A stretch of 64,000 nt of DNA from Alphaproteobacteria bacterium (GCA_015062545.1 SUUL01000002.1:19175-83174); one strand, 5' to 3'; shown: positions 36,180 to 47,034, counted from the first letter of the stretch. Numbers and translations: made by a program. Notes: generated from the letters alone by a model not told the origin.

Positions 36180-36731
36180 ATGCCAAAGAAATTAAAATCT
36201 ATTGCGGTTTATTGTGGACACGAATTTGGAAATAATAAAAAATTTAGACGGGATGCCGCCGCAGTTGGAAAAATGTTGGCAGAAAATGGTATTCGTATGG
36301 TTTTTGGCGGCGGAAATGTTGGCCTGATGGGCGCAGTTGCATCTGCCGCACATGAAAATGGTGGCAAAGTTATCGGAATTTCAACCGATGATGTTATCGC
36401 AAAGCAAGAACCTGCGCACCCAAAAATCAAAGTCAAGGTGGTGAATGGCGTTAATGAACGCAAGCAGATTATGTTTGACTTGTCTGATGCTTTTATTATC
36501 TTGCCGGGCGGAATCGGAACATTGAACGAGCTGTCTGATATTATGACAATGCAACAGATTGGTGAAACAAACAAGCCATTGTTCTTTTTGAACACAGATA
36601 ATTTCTGGGAACCGTTTGGCGATTTAATCAAACATATGATTGAATGTGAATTTATCGGCGATATGAGCGAATATACCATATTCGGCGCAGATACAGTGGC
36701 ACAACTGAAAAAAATGATTTTGAATTATTAA
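36180..36731 (+). CDS. LOG family (TIGR00730) nucleotide 5'-monophosphate nucleosidase
   Basis: VFGGGNVGLMGAVA and PGGIGTLNEL. Confidence 0.85.
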   Translation: MPKKLKSIAVYCGHEFGNNKKFRRDAAAVGKMLAENGIRMVFGGGNVGLMGAVASAAHENGGKVIGISTDDVIAKQEPAHPKIKVKVVNGVNERKQIMFDLSDAFIILPGGIGTLNELSDIMTMQQIGETNKPLFFLNTDNFWEPFGDLIKHMIECEFIGDMSEYTIFGADTVAQLKKMILNY

Positions 36732-36943
36732 AATTCAAACACTTTGTCGCGGGATGTCGCACCACGTATGAGTTTAATGCTGGTTTTTGGTACACCATAG
36801 TGTACCGCCAGCATTTTTATTACATCCGCCGTTGCCTTGCCATCAGTCGGCGCGGTTGTCGTATGAACGCGCACGATACCATCGGGCTGAACCTCGACCC
36901 GATTTATCTTGGCACGCGGAATAACACGGACGTTGATTTTCAT
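36728..36943 (-). CDS. DUF167 (YggU) family protein
   Basis: 71 aa. VIPRAKINRV...APTDGKATADVIKMLA...RGATSRDK. Confidence 0.75.
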   Translation of the reverse strand: MKINVRVIPRAKINRVEVQPDGIVRVHTTTAPTDGKATADVIKMLAVHYGVPKTSIKLIRGATSRDKVFEF

Positions 36944-37320
36944 TAGCGGAATTCTGACACCAGTTCTTCAAACGCGTCTGTGCGGTTGCCCGCAACCAAA
37001 TGCAAATGAAAGTGAAATACAGATTGCTTTACAAACGGGGCCGCCGCGCCGGCATTCGCCAAACAATTAAAATTACATTCTATGCCCAAAATATCTGCGG
37101 TCTTGTTAAAACATTCCCAAAAAGCCAGTTGTTCTGCAGGGGTCGCATTTTGCGAAAAATCCAAGATATTTTGATATTCGCCCTTGGGAATTACCAAAAC
37201 ATGGGTCTGAAACATTGGGTTAATATCATAAAATGACATCGCATATTCGTTTTCATACACCTTGTTTGTTGGAATTTCACCACGTATCATTTTCGCAAAG
37301 ACATTATTTTTATCATACAT
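36943..37320 (-). CDS. HIT family protein
   Basis: Start trimmed to MYDKNNVFAKMIRGEIP. Histidine triad HFHLHLV. Confidence 0.88.
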   Translation of the reverse strand: MYDKNNVFAKMIRGEIPTNKVYENEYAMSFYDINPMFQTHVLVIPKGEYQNILDFSQNATPAEQLAFWECFNKTADILGIECNFNCLANAGAAAPFVKQSVFHFHLHLVAGNRTDAFEELVSEFR

Positions 37321-37366
37321 CTTTTTATTCCCCTTGTTTTTCGTTCTCAGCATATTAAAATATAGA

Positions 37367-37394
37367 CTTGAAATCAAGAATTTTAAGACTATAT
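37367..37394 (+). promoter_or_regulatory. RpoH (sigma-32)-type heat-shock promoter of groESL
   Basis: CTTG-17 nt-aCTATATCTG, compared with the alphaproteobacterial heat-shock consensus CTTG-N17-18-CYTATNTNNG. No CIRCE inverted repeat seen. Confidence 0.5.
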
Positions 37395-37428
37395 CTGACG
37401 TACAGGTTTTAATCAAAGGAGATGATTT

Positions 37429-37716
37429 ATGTTTAGACCTTTGCACAATTATGTCTTGCTGGAAAGAATAGAAGAAGAAAACATCACAGCAGGCGGAATT
37501 ATTATCCCAGATAACGCAAAAGAAAAGCCTTCACGCGGACGCGTAATCGCCGTGGGCAACGGAACATACGTTGGTGAAACTTTGGTGCCAGTCAGTGTTC
37601 ATGAAAACGATGTTGTTTTGTTCGCAAAATGGGCACCATCTGCAAATGAAATTAAACTGGAAGGCAAAGACTTTGTGTTAATCAAAGAAACTGATATTTT
37701 AGGAATTATTGAATAA
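37429..37716 (+). CDS. groES: Co-chaperonin GroES
   Basis: 95 aa. [15 protein letters not shown]...[13 protein letters not shown]. Confidence 0.95.
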   Translation: MFRPLHNYVLLERIEEENITAGGIIIPDNAKEKPSRGRVIAVGNGTYVGETLVPVSVHENDVVLFAKWAPSANEIKLEGKDFVLIKETDILGIIE

Positions 37717-37726
37717 GGATAAAAAA

Positions 37727-39346
37727 ATGGCAAAAGATATTGTTTTTGATACAGATAAACTGGCCGCAGGGGTTGATAAATTGGCAAATGCGGTAAAAAT
37801 TACCATGGGTCCAAAGGGGCGCACCGTTGTTATTGAAAAGTCTTATGGCGCACCGGTCGCAACCAAAGACGGGGTTACCGTTGCCAAGGCCGTGTCACTG
37901 AAAGACCCACAGGAAAACATTGGCGCACGTATGGTACAAGAAGTTGCAAAAAAAGCAGGTGATGATGCAGGCGATGGTACAACAACCGCAACCGTCTTGG
38001 CACAAAAGTTAATCAACGAAGGTCGCCGTGTTATCGCCGCAGGAATGAACCCAATGGACGTTAAACGCGGTATTGACTTGGCAACTGCTGCCGTTATTGC
38101 AGACATTGAAAAACATGCACGTCCCGTCAAAGACAGCGCAGAAATCGCACAAGTCGCAACAATTTCTGCGAATTCTGATGCGGATATTGGCGAAAAAATC
38201 GCAAGCGCAATGGAACGTGTCGGCAAAGAAGGTGTTATCACCGTTGAAGAAGCAAAAGGACTGGATACAGAAATAGACGTTGTTGAAGGTATGCAGTTTG
38301 ACCAAGGATTTATGTCGCCCTATTTCGTTACAAACAGCGAAAAAATGTTGGCAGAATTAGACGGCGCGCAAATCTTGGTATCCGAAAAGAAAATTACAGG
38401 TTTGCAGGCGTTGCTGCCTATCTTGGAACCAATCGCACAATCGGGAAAACCATTATTGATTATTGCCGAAGACGTTGAATCCGAAGCATTGGCAACGTTG
38501 GTGTTGAACCGCTTGCGCGGGGGATTGAAAGTCTGCGCAGTCAAAGCACCAGGCTTTGGCGACAGACGCAAAGAAATGCTGAAAGATATTGCAATCGTCA
38601 CGGGCGCAACGGTTATTTCTGATGATATGGGGATGACATTTGAAAATATCACACCAGCCGTTCTGGGCAGTGCAAAAAAAGTTGTCGTTTCCAAAGATAG
38701 CACACTGTTGGCACATGGCGCAGGTGATAAAGATGCCATAGCCGCACGTGCAGATGAAATCCGTGTAGCTATTGCCGCATCAACCAGTGATTATGACCGC
38801 GAAAAATTGTCCGAAAGATTGGCAAAATTGGTCGGTGGGGTCGCTGTTATCAAAGTTGGTGGCATGACCGAAATAGAAGTAAAAGAAAAGAAAGACCGTG
38901 TTGATGATGCGCTGGCCGCAACACGCGCAGCCGTTGCCGAAGGTATTGTTGCAGGTGGTGGGGTTGCCTTGGTACGCGCAGTTAATGCGTTGGAAAATCT
39001 GACTGGCGAAAACGCAGACCAAAATGTCGGTATTGATATCGTACGCCGCGCAATCGTTGCACCATGCGCACAAATCGCAGAAAACGCAGGTAAATCTGGT
39101 GAAATCGTTGTTGGCAAAGTCAGCGAAGCCACAGATTATAACTTTGGTTATAACGCACAAACTGGTGAATACGTTGATATGATGGACGCGGGTATTATTG
39201 ACCCCGCCAAGGTTGTTAAAACCGCCATCCAAGCCGCTGCAAGCACCGCTGGCGTAATGCTGACCACGGGTGCAGTAATGACTGAAATTCCAGAAGAAAA
39301 ATCCCCTGCCCCACAAATGGGTGGCGGAATGCCTGGGATGATGTAA
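37727..39346 (+). CDS. groEL: Chaperonin GroEL
   Basis: MAKDIVFD..., [12 protein letters not shown]-terminal GGMPGMM. Confidence 0.97.
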   Translation: MAKDIVFDTDKLAAGVDKLANAVKITMGPKGRTVVIEKSYGAPVATKDGVTVAKAVSLKDPQENIGARMVQEVAKKAGDDAGDGTTTATVLAQKLINEGRRVIAAGMNPMDVKRGIDLATAAVIADIEKHARPVKDSAEIAQVATISANSDADIGEKIASAMERVGKEGVITVEEAKGLDTEIDVVEGMQFDQGFMSPYFVTNSEKMLAELDGAQILVSEKKITGLQALLPILEPIAQSGKPLLIIAEDVESEALATLVLNRLRGGLKVCAVKAPGFGDRRKEMLKDIAIVTGATVISDDMGMTFENITPAVLGSAKKVVVSKDSTLLAHGAGDKDAIAARADEIRVAIAASTSDYDREKLSERLAKLVGGVAVIKVGGMTEIEVKEKKDRVDDALAATRAAVAEGIVAGGGVALVRAVNALENLTGENADQNVGIDIVRRAIVAPCAQIAENAGKSGEIVVGKVSEATDYNFGYNAQTGEYVDMMDAGIIDPAKVVKTAIQAAASTAGVMLTTGAVMTEIPEEKSPAPQMGGGMPGMM

Positions 39347-39349
39347 GAA

Positions 39350-39381
39350 AAAAATACCCCGCCAAAATGGCGGGGTTTTAT
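39350..39381. terminator. Bidirectional terminator between groEL and the ComM-like gene
   Basis: ACCCCGCC-AAAAT-GGCGGGGT flanked by an A-run and a T-run. Confidence 0.7.
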
Positions 39382-39398
39382 TATAATCTGGGTAAAAA

Positions 39399-40919
39399 TT
39401 ATAACTTTACACCGTATTTACCGCGATTAATTGGACGATATGATAGGGCTTCGGCCAAATCAGACATGGCAATATCGTCTGAGCCACGCAAATCTGCAAT
39501 GGTGCGCGCCAAACGTTTGATGCGATTATACCCACGCGCAGACATACCCATCTTTTCTGCAGCACTGTTCAAAAAGGCAGTTAATTCTTCTGATAATGCG
39601 GCAAATCGTTCCAGTTCTGCCCCGTCCAGCATGGCATTAACTTTGCCCTGGCGCGCAATTTGTTTATTCCGAGCTGCCACCACACGCGCACGTATTTCAG
39701 CACTGGTTTCACGTGGGGTTGAATCCGATGTCATTTCCCACGGATTAACCGCATCCACATCAACATGCAAATCAATTCTGTCCAATAATGGCCCGGATAT
39801 TTTATTCTGATATGCTTCGGCGCAACGTGGGGCGCGCGAACAAGACAAGGCCGCATTTCCCAAATGACCGCATGGACACGGATTCATCGCCGCAATCAAC
39901 TGAAAACGTGCGGGATACGTTGCGTTCCGCCGCGCACGGGATATTAAAATGCGCCCTGATTCCATGGGCTGACGCAAAATTTCCAAGGTCGCACGATTAA
40001 ATTCAGGCAATTCATCTAAAAACAAAACACCATTATGCGCCAAAGATATTTCCCCAGGGCGCGCATCAGATCCACCGCCCGCCAATGCAACCGGACTGGA
40101 CGTGTGGTGAACACTGCGAAATGGACGCGAAGATATTAATCCGTTATTATTCAACTGACCCGCAATAGAATATATTGTGGATGTTTCCAGTATTTCTGTT
40201 GCCGTCATTTCTGGCATAATCGTTGGCAAACGTGATGCCAGCATTGTTTTACCAGACCCCGGCGGCCCAACCATTAACATTGCATGTCCACCCGCCGCCG
40301 CAATTTCCAGCGCACGCTTGGCCGCAGATTGCCCATGTACTTCGGACATATCAACCCCAGATTTTGTTTCGTTTTCAGATTCCACAAGTTCTGGTGGCGA
40401 TAACAAACAACGACCCGCGAAATGGTTTATTAATTGGGTAACATGTGATGGTGCCAAAATATTGTCATGCCCAGACATGCGCGCTTCGCCCCCTTGGGCA
40501 GATGGACAAATTATCCCCAAGCCATGTGATTTCGCCCAAACACTGGCCGGCAGAACAGCATCAGTTTTAACAATCGCGCCATCCAGACCAACTTCGCCCA
40601 AAATGACATAGCGTTCTAATTCTGCCACAGGCAAAACACCCAACGCGCATAAAATGCCGCACAAGATTGGCAAGTCAAAGTGAGAACCACTTTTTTCAAC
40701 GTCCGCGGGCGACAAATTTACAGTCAAACGCTTGGACGGTAATGATAAATTTAATGCAGATAACACATTACGAATACGTTCGGCAGATTCCTTGACCGCC
40801 CTGTCCGCCAAGCCAATGATGTTAAATTCAGGCTTTGACAGGCCAGAAGACAGCTGAACCTGAACGTCTATGGCCGTGGCATCCATACCATTAAATATGA
40901 TTGAATTCAAAGATATCAT
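39399..40919 (-). CDS. YifB/ComM family Mg-chelatase-like AAA+ ATPase
   Basis: 506 aa. Lon-protease-like N-domain, GPPGSGKTMLA Walker A, LFLDELPEF, C-terminal ARGYNRIKRLARTIADL. Confidence 0.9.
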   Translation of the reverse strand: MISLNSIIFNGMDATAIDVQVQLSSGLSKPEFNIIGLADRAVKESAERIRNVLSALNLSLPSKRLTVNLSPADVEKSGSHFDLPILCGILCALGVLPVAELERYVILGEVGLDGAIVKTDAVLPASVWAKSHGLGIICPSAQGGEARMSGHDNILAPSHVTQLINHFAGRCLLSPPELVESENETKSGVDMSEVHGQSAAKRALEIAAAGGHAMLMVGPPGSGKTMLASRLPTIMPEMTATEILETSTIYSIAGQLNNNGLISSRPFRSVHHTSSPVALAGGGSDARPGEISLAHNGVLFLDELPEFNRATLEILRQPMESGRILISRARRNATYPARFQLIAAMNPCPCGHLGNAALSCSRAPRCAEAYQNKISGPLLDRIDLHVDVDAVNPWEMTSDSTPRETSAEIRARVVAARNKQIARQGKVNAMLDGAELERFAALSEELTAFLNSAAEKMGMSARGYNRIKRLARTIADLRGSDDIAMSDLAEALSYRPINRGKYGVKL

Positions 40920-40990
40920 GTGTGCATATTATAACTTGAATTAAACTTCTGCAAGTTTTATTATAGCCAATAACAAAGAAAGGATTATAT

Positions 40991-41869
40991 ATGCCGGCAA
41001 AAAATAAAAACGTTGCGCGCGAATGGTTTAATACAATATTTTATGGCGCACTTATCGCTATTGTTTTTCGCAGCTTCTTGCTTGAACCATTTAATATACC
41101 ATCCGGATCAATGATACCTTCGTTGCATGTGGGCGACCATATCTTCGTTACCAAGTGGTCTTATGGGTATTCGCGTTATTCTTTCCCATTTGGTTCTTGG
41201 AAGATGTGGAATGGACGTTTCTGGGCAACAGAACCAGAAGTGGGCGATGTCGTTGTATTCCGCAACCCAATCAATGAATCACAAGATTATGTCAAAAGAC
41301 TGATTGGCAAGCCAGGCGATAAAATCCAGATGATTAATGGTCGATTACATATAAATGGACAGCAGGTTCAACGCGACAACCCACAACCGTATGTCTGGGC
41401 CGTGTTGCCAAAATCCATGCGTGGGGTCGGATATTACAAAGACAATATGTCAATCAAGGGAAATAAAATATGGGTGGATAACGAACCCGCACCATATAAT
41501 TATACCGTTGAATACAAGCCTGATAATTTCTGCAATATGTATGTTGGGGTGTGTGATGTGTTCCATGGCACAGAATATACAGAAACATTGCCAAACGGTG
41601 TAAAACACAGTATCGTTGAATTTGCAGATGATGCATACTTTGACAACACCGAAGCATTTGTCGTGCCAGATAACCACTTCTTCTTTATGGGCGACAATCG
41701 CGACAACAGTGGCGACAGTCGTGGCGAAGTTGGATTTGTACCACGTGATAATGTCTTGGGAAAAGTATGGTTTATATGGTACTCGCATAACTACTATGCG
41801 CCGATGTTGGCAATATGGTCATGGGGCAACAAAATGCGTTGGAACAGATTTGGAATGGGTGTAAATTAA
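40991..41869 (+). CDS. lepB: Signal peptidase I
   Basis: PSGSMIPSL (catalytic Ser), YVKRLIGKPGD (Lys box), GDNRDNSGDSR. Confidence 0.93.
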   Translation: MPAKNKNVAREWFNTIFYGALIAIVFRSFLLEPFNIPSGSMIPSLHVGDHIFVTKWSYGYSRYSFPFGSWKMWNGRFWATEPEVGDVVVFRNPINESQDYVKRLIGKPGDKIQMINGRLHINGQQVQRDNPQPYVWAVLPKSMRGVGYYKDNMSIKGNKIWVDNEPAPYNYTVEYKPDNFCNMYVGVCDVFHGTEYTETLPNGVKHSIVEFADDAYFDNTEAFVVPDNHFFFMGDNRDNSGDSRGEVGFVPRDNVLGKVWFIWYSHNYYAPMLAIWSWGNKMRWNRFGMGVN

Positions 41870-41870
41870 A

Positions 41871-42503
41871 ATGGAAATACTGAAATACAATTTTAAGAAT
41901 AAAGCATTGTTGGAACTGGCACTGACACAAAGTGGCGCAGATGCAACAAATAATAATGAAAGACTGGAATTTGTTGGTGACCGCGTCTTGGGACTGAGTG
42001 TGGCAAGATTACTGTACGAAATGTACCCAAATGAAAGCGAAGGGGAATTGGCACGCAGACATGCGATGTTGGTATCAACAGAAACACTGGGTAAAATCGC
42101 CAAGAAAATTGGTCTGGACAAAATCTTGCGCCATGGACACATGACCGCAGGACGCGTTGTTCACATTCTGGCAAACGCGATGGAGGCGATATTCGGCGCA
42201 ATATATCTGGATGGTGGTTTTGATGTCGCATGTAATGTAATTACAGAAATATGGCGTGATTTGGCCGCACAAGACATTATCGCCCCCAAAGACCCAAAAA
42301 CAACATTGCAAGAACTGGTTCAACGACAAGATGCAGGAAATTTACCAGTATATGAATATCTGGATGCAACAGGCGCATCACACAACCCCATATTCAATGT
42401 GCGCGTAACCGCAATGGGAAAAACCGCAACAGGACGTGGCGCATCAAAAAAGACCGCCAGTATAAATGCAGCAGAAGAGTTGTTGAAAATCCTTGCAATT
42501 TAG
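41871..42503 (+). CDS. rnc: Ribonuclease III
   Basis: NERLEFVGDRVLG signature and a C-terminal dsRBD. Confidence 0.93.
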   Translation: MEILKYNFKNKALLELALTQSGADATNNNERLEFVGDRVLGLSVARLLYEMYPNESEGELARRHAMLVSTETLGKIAKKIGLDKILRHGHMTAGRVVHILANAMEAIFGAIYLDGGFDVACNVITEIWRDLAAQDIIAPKDPKTTLQELVQRQDAGNLPVYEYLDATGASHNPIFNVRVTAMGKTATGRGASKKTASINAAEELLKILAI

Positions 42504-42549
42504 GTTTTAGAACATTAAAATCAGCACATAAGTAAACAAAGGAAAAAGT

Positions 42550-42894
42550 ATGTTTTCAATTTTATTGGTTTTGTTAGTTATTGTCGCAGTTATGATGATT
42601 GGACTGATTCTGTTACAGAAATCCGAAGGATCTGGTATGTCGGGGTCATCCGCCGCATCTATGTTTGGTGGTGCATTGACAGGGGCCGCCGCAGGTAACT
42701 TTCTGACACGCGCAACCGCATGGTTGGCAACAATATTCTTTGTATTGTGTGCCGCGTTGGCGTTGGTGGCAGCAAAATCTGATATGGCCGCACAACAAAG
42801 TGGTTTGCGTAATGAAATTATTATGCAGGAAAATGCAGAAACAGAACCATTGGCGGAACCGCTGGCACAAGACACAGAAAATCAAACAAAATAA
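42550..42894 (+). CDS. secG: Preprotein translocase subunit SecG
   Basis: 114 aa. LLQKSEGSGM and two TM spans. Confidence 0.85.
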   Translation: MFSILLVLLVIVAVMMIGLILLQKSEGSGMSGSSAASMFGGALTGAAAGNFLTRATAWLATIFFVLCAALALVAAKSDMAAQQSGLRNEIIMQENAETEPLAEPLAQDTENQTK

Positions 42895-42921
42895 AAAAAT
42901 CCGCCAAATGGCGGTTTTTTT
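42893..42921. terminator. Bidirectional terminator between secG and the GNAT gene
   Basis: A7-TCCGCC-AAAT-GGCGG-T7. Confidence 0.7.
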
Positions 42922-43648
42922 AACGCTGTAATGCGGTTATATGTGCTAAATATTCGCTTGCTTGTTTTTCTAAGGCATGGCGCACAATCTGCCTTGGATT
43001 ATTATCGCGCACATCAATCAGCATGCCACCATTTGAATCAAGCACCGCATAGCCATTTACATTAGATTGATGATCATAAGACACAAACATTGGCGAATGC
43101 AATTTGTTAATTTGCTTTACTGTATCAGGTGTCAAACCACATGCACGCCCCAATGCAGGCTTGCAGTAAAAAACAGCAGCAGTAACACAACGCGGTCCAG
43201 ACAAGGCCTTTTTGTATTCTGTCCAGGACAAACCCCTATATCCCATTTTTTCATAAAAATGGCGGGCCTTGGACATTGATATCAATTCTATGTGACGTGC
43301 CCCCATAATCGCAGCGGCATCTTGCGCAGCAGCCAGTAATCTGCGCCCAAGGCGTTGACCTTGATATTGTGGTTCAACGTGTAAATGCCCCAGATGCGCA
43401 ACTTTCTGCACAACTGTGCCATGGACACACCCAATCATATTATTATTTTGGTCATACGCACCAAATGCGAAATTTCCGGAACGCGACTTCCAATTATGGT
43501 TATATTCTTTTTTGGCATAAGCAATATCTTCTGCCAGTAACGGCATGTCGTAATCTGCTGTCATTGTGGCACTGCGAATGCGCAAAAAGTCATCCCAGAT
43601 ACCTGGGGCAGATTGATTAAAAATAGGCATAACTTGAAATTCTGTCAT
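42920..43648 (-). CDS. GNAT family N-acetyltransferase
   Basis: VEPQYQGQRLGRRLLAAAQ (acetyl-CoA motif A) and FYEKMGY. Confidence 0.8.
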   Translation of the reverse strand: MTEFQVMPIFNQSAPGIWDDFLRIRSATMTADYDMPLLAEDIAYAKKEYNHNWKSRSGNFAFGAYDQNNNMIGCVHGTVVQKVAHLGHLHVEPQYQGQRLGRRLLAAAQDAAAIMGARHIELISMSKARHFYEKMGYRGLSWTEYKKALSGPRCVTAAVFYCKPALGRACGLTPDTVKQINKLHSPMFVSYDHQSNVNGYAVLDSNGGMLIDVRDNNPRQIVRHALEKQASEYLAHITALQR

Positions 43649-43693
43649 AACGTATCATGTTATAACACAAAAACAATAAATGTCAACCAGTTG

Positions 43694-44419
43694 TCAGAAT
43701 TCAATATTCAGATTTGGGAAATATGTATGGGTTGCGTTCGTTATCATTTCTGGTGTTTGGGGGGAAACCCATTTTCGTGACAGGTGGTTCGGAACAACCT
43801 GGTCGCCATACGCAATATAATGCACCTGGGGAATTTTCGGCAATTCGTTCATATCCATTGAGCGCAACAGTGGCATATCCCCAAAATATTCCGTCCAATC
43901 AGAATGTCTTAGCACACCTGCAATCGTTATCCATTTCTGGACATTAATAGACGGATAATTATTAATAATCAAGCCAGATATCATCGCCCCACCCGAATAC
44001 CCAATCAACACAACAGGACGATTTTGTGCAATCGCAGAAACTGCATCAGCCATTGAATCAATAATCTGATGCGAAAAGCGACCATCTGTCCAATCAGACT
44101 GACGACAGGTACGTGACATAATATACTGACATGGGCGCGCAAGATACACAACATTAGGCGATGGGTCGCGTGCCACCAAATCACGTACAAAGGTGCCAGT
44201 CGGGGTCGGATCTGATGATGGACGACCACGTGAATCAAACGATGCACCATCCCCTTCTATATAAATATGTATGGGGGATGTGCTGTCAGATATGCGCTGA
44301 TATGTTACCAAACTATATTCGCCGGAACGTACAACCATATAAGACAAGTCTGACGGTGCAACCCATGACGATATGCACGCAGATACAATAAAACACAAAA
44401 GTAAAACTATCCGTCCCAT
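43694..44419 (-). CDS. Alpha/beta-hydrolase-fold protein with N-terminal signal/lipoprotein-like sequence
   Basis: GYSGGA nucleophile elbow. N-terminus MGRIVLLLCFIVSAC. Confidence 0.65.
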   Translation of the reverse strand: MGRIVLLLCFIVSACISSWVAPSDLSYMVVRSGEYSLVTYQRISDSTSPIHIYIEGDGASFDSRGRPSSDPTPTGTFVRDLVARDPSPNVVYLARPCQYIMSRTCRQSDWTDGRFSHQIIDSMADAVSAIAQNRPVVLIGYSGGAMISGLIINNYPSINVQKWITIAGVLRHSDWTEYFGDMPLLRSMDMNELPKIPQVHYIAYGDQVVPNHLSRKWVSPQTPEMITNATHTYFPNLNIEF

Positions 44420-44524
44420 CGTTATTTAGTCTAGCCAGATATAGAAATAAAGTCAAAGCGAAAAAAATGTTGACAAATTATTTTTTTGTTCTATATTATA
44501 TCCAAAATAGGGGCAAAATAAAAA

Positions 44525-44950
44525 ATGATAAAACCAATAAAATTAACCGACACACAACGCATGCGCGTTGAAGAAATGAAGCGCATGACCCCACAAGAAT
44601 GGGATGCCCTGTGCAAAAACTGCGGTATATGTTGCTTATATAAAGCTTCAACGGGCAATCAAGTGGTTTATCTGTCCAAGTGTTGCAAATATCTGAACAA
44701 GGACACAAAACAATGTGAAATATACGCAGACAGGTTAACTCATCGTGGCAGCTGCTGCGAAAAAGTTACATTGAATGTTGTGTTAGATGGCGAATTAGTT
44801 CCCCGCACATGCGAATATGTCGAATATATTTATGGCCCTGCCCCAGAACAAATTAATTTAGACTGGTCTATGGTGACAAAACATGAACCAGGCACACCTA
44901 TGACACCAAAAGATTTTATACAAGAATCCGTATTGTGGAATCACAGATAA
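44525..44950 (+). CDS. YkgJ-family cysteine-cluster protein
   Basis: CKNCGICC...CKYL...CEIY pattern. Confidence 0.6.
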   Translation: MIKPIKLTDTQRMRVEEMKRMTPQEWDALCKNCGICCLYKASTGNQVVYLSKCCKYLNKDTKQCEIYADRLTHRGSCCEKVTLNVVLDGELVPRTCEYVEYIYGPAPEQINLDWSMVTKHEPGTPMTPKDFIQESVLWNHR

Positions 44951-44976
44951 ATAACTTTTAACCAAAAGGCGACAAA

Positions 44977-45702
44977 ATGTCAGATAAAAAACAAATCAAA
45001 AAGGCTGCACGCAACGTAAAGCGCGCACGCACAAATACAAAAACACAAAAACGTACCGGTTGGTGGAATCGTGTATGGAGTATCGTCTGTTGGCCCTTCC
45101 GCAAACTGGCACTGGTTTGCAAAATTGTGTGGAACTGGATTCGTAATTTGGAATTGGTCGGCTTGTTAAATCTGACTTTATTGGTTGCAATTATTGTATT
45201 ATTTACAATGTTGATTATTGATTTATTGGGATGCCGCAAAGAAAATATTATTGTCGTTACAAACACACCTGTACACACAGAACAGACAATTACAAAAAGC
45301 AAACCAAAAACCGTCCAGCCACAGGCAGTATTGCCAATTACACAACATAATGCAGAACCTGTGAATGTTGTACCCGTGAAAAAGGTCGAAGTGCAAATTG
45401 TAAAAAAACAGACCGCACGCCAAGACAATAAATTAATGGGTGATGTTATCATTGACAGTCGTGGCGCAGGCGCAATCTTGCGCAAGGGCACGCAAGTAAA
45501 TGGCAACCTGTATTTGCAAAATATGCGTAAATTTACATTACCTTGTAATGTTCGTATTAATGGGAATTTGTTCCTGCGCGATGTTAATAAATTGCAATTC
45601 TGTGGCGAATTTGTCGTAACAGGCAATATTTACGTCAGTCCACGTTCTTCGTTTGGCCCACTGCCAAAGAATGCCAGAATTGGCGGATATGTCGTTTTAT
45701 AA
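44977..45702 (+). CDS. Hypothetical membrane protein (basic N-terminus, one TM span, repetitive beta-rich C-terminus)
   Basis: 241 aa, RBS AAAAGGCGA. The antisense ORF 44958..45626 has no protein-like features. Confidence 0.55.
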   Translation: MSDKKQIKKAARNVKRARTNTKTQKRTGWWNRVWSIVCWPFRKLALVCKIVWNWIRNLELVGLLNLTLLVAIIVLFTMLIIDLLGCRKENIIVVTNTPVHTEQTITKSKPKTVQPQAVLPITQHNAEPVNVVPVKKVEVQIVKKQTARQDNKLMGDVIIDSRGAGAILRKGTQVNGNLYLQNMRKFTLPCNVRINGNLFLRDVNKLQFCGEFVVTGNIYVSPRSSFGPLPKNARIGGYVVL

Positions 45703-45717
45703 GTTTTCAGGAAGTAC

Positions 45718-45749
45718 AAATACCGCCCAAAATCGGGCGGTATTTTTTT
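45718..45749 (+). terminator. Terminator after ORF 44977..45702
   Basis: TACCGCCC-AAAATC-GGGCGGTA followed by T7. Confidence 0.75.
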
Positions 45750-45807
45750 CGTGACATACTTATAAATAAATTGCTATAATCAAAACATCCAAACAAAAGA
45801 GGGAAAA

Positions 45808-46041
45808 ATGTTAGAAAAAATACTGAATGTTCTGTCAAAAAACATGGGATATACGTTTGTTCTGGCGGTGGCAATATTGCTGTTCGCGGTATTTTCTGAT
45901 GGTCTGGTCGCAGGTCTGATTACTGCGGTATCTGCGTTGTTGGCATATACATGCGTGGATGCGTTGTACAAAGAATACAAAGCAATGGGACAAAAGAAGG
46001 TTGCGCCCGCTAAAAAAGCAACTGCAAAAAAGAAAAAATAA
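45808..46041 (+). CDS. Small two-TM membrane protein with Lys-rich tail
   Basis: 77 aa, RBS AAGAGGGAAAA. Confidence 0.55.
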   Translation: MLEKILNVLSKNMGYTFVLAVAILLFAVFSDGLVAGLITAVSALLAYTCVDALYKEYKAMGQKKVAPAKKATAKKKK

Positions 46042-46042
46042 T

Positions 46043-46070
46043 AAAACCGCCATTTTGGCGGTTTTTTTTT
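46043..46070. terminator. Bidirectional terminator
   Basis: AAAACCGCC-ATTTT-GGCGGTTTT followed by T-run. Confidence 0.7.
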
Positions 46071-47034
46071 AGAATTCAAAACGCAATCCCAACATCGCAT
46101 TTGTATATATCATATTCTCTGCCTTGAAATATTCGCGGTGACGGGTGCCATCCTCGTTCGATAATTCCCATTTTATACGTGGCAGATATATCATGCGAAC
46201 CCCAAAATCCAAAAACATGTTTTCAGCGATACCATACGAAAACCCGACAGCCAATATACCCGCAACATTTGATGACGTTGTTTCTGATTTGTAAAAATTC
46301 AAAACCTTGTTTTCATCCAGTTCACCATACGGGTACAAATCGTATTGCACCGACAAATCACCATACGGGTCAGACAAATTCAATACCGTCTTGGAATCAG
46401 CATACCCCAACCCCACGCCAATGTATGGAATAAATGTTTCAATCGGCTTTTGCAGACCGTCAAAGAAATCATAATATGCCATCGCACTGATTATATCTGT
46501 GGTAACGGTGGAATTAACGGCACCACTTTGTACCGAAACAGTAACATCTTCGGCACCACCATACAACTGCAAATCGCCATCAAACATTGGGGATGCGTTA
46601 TAGTCTGTTTTTGCAACATGGTCCCAACCGGCTTCGATACGCCATTGCGGACGGTATGGCAATGTCCAACCAATACTGGCACCGGCGGCAAATGCGTACC
46701 CTTTGAAATCTTTGGATGGCGAAATTTTATCCAAATCACCATATCCAGCCAATTCATACCCTTCGCAGTTATTTTTATTTGCACAATAGCCCGGTGCCAC
46801 AATTACGCCTGTTTCAGGTTCGTAAAAATATGGGTTAACCAGCGCACCAACCTGGTTCTTAATCGAACCAAAACCAAAGGATGCACCACCACGTCCAGAT
46901 ATTACAAAACGCGCACCATCATCTTCGTACCAACCGTCACCAACATACGTTCCGGGATACTGCCAATTTGCAAGGGCCGGCGCACCAACCAGGCACGACA
47001 AAACCGATAAAATATAAAAATTTCTTTTTCTCAT
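46069..47034 (-). CDS. Outer-membrane beta-barrel protein
   Basis: Signal peptide ...LVGAPALA, alternating aromatic beta-strand pattern, C-terminal LGLRFEF. Confidence 0.75.
   Translation of the reverse strand: MRKRNFYILSVLSCLVGAPALANWQYPGTYVGDGWYEDDGARFVISGRGGASFGFGSIKNQVGALVNPYFYEPETGVIVAPGYCANKNNCEGYELAGYGDLDKISPSKDFKGYAFAAGASIGWTLPYRPQWRIEAGWDHVAKTDYNASPMFDGDLQLYGGAEDVTVSVQSGAVNSTVTTDIISAMAYYDFFDGLQKPIETFIPYIGVGLGYADSKTVLNLSDPYGDLSVQYDLYPYGELDENKVLNFYKSETTSSNVAGILAVGFSYGIAENMFLDFGVRMIYLPRIKWELSNEDGTRHREYFKAENMIYTNAMLGLRFEF

Noticed and set aside
44958-45626. 222-aa minus-strand ORF overlapping ORF 44977..45702
   Set aside because: It has no RBS, no start context and no protein-like motifs. 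The plus-strand frame has an RBS, a TM helix and a terminator. The same reasoning applies to the antisense ORFs 11448..11957, 21395..21883, 22015..22551, 36209..36679, 38780..39316, 46345..47010 and 48006..48701.
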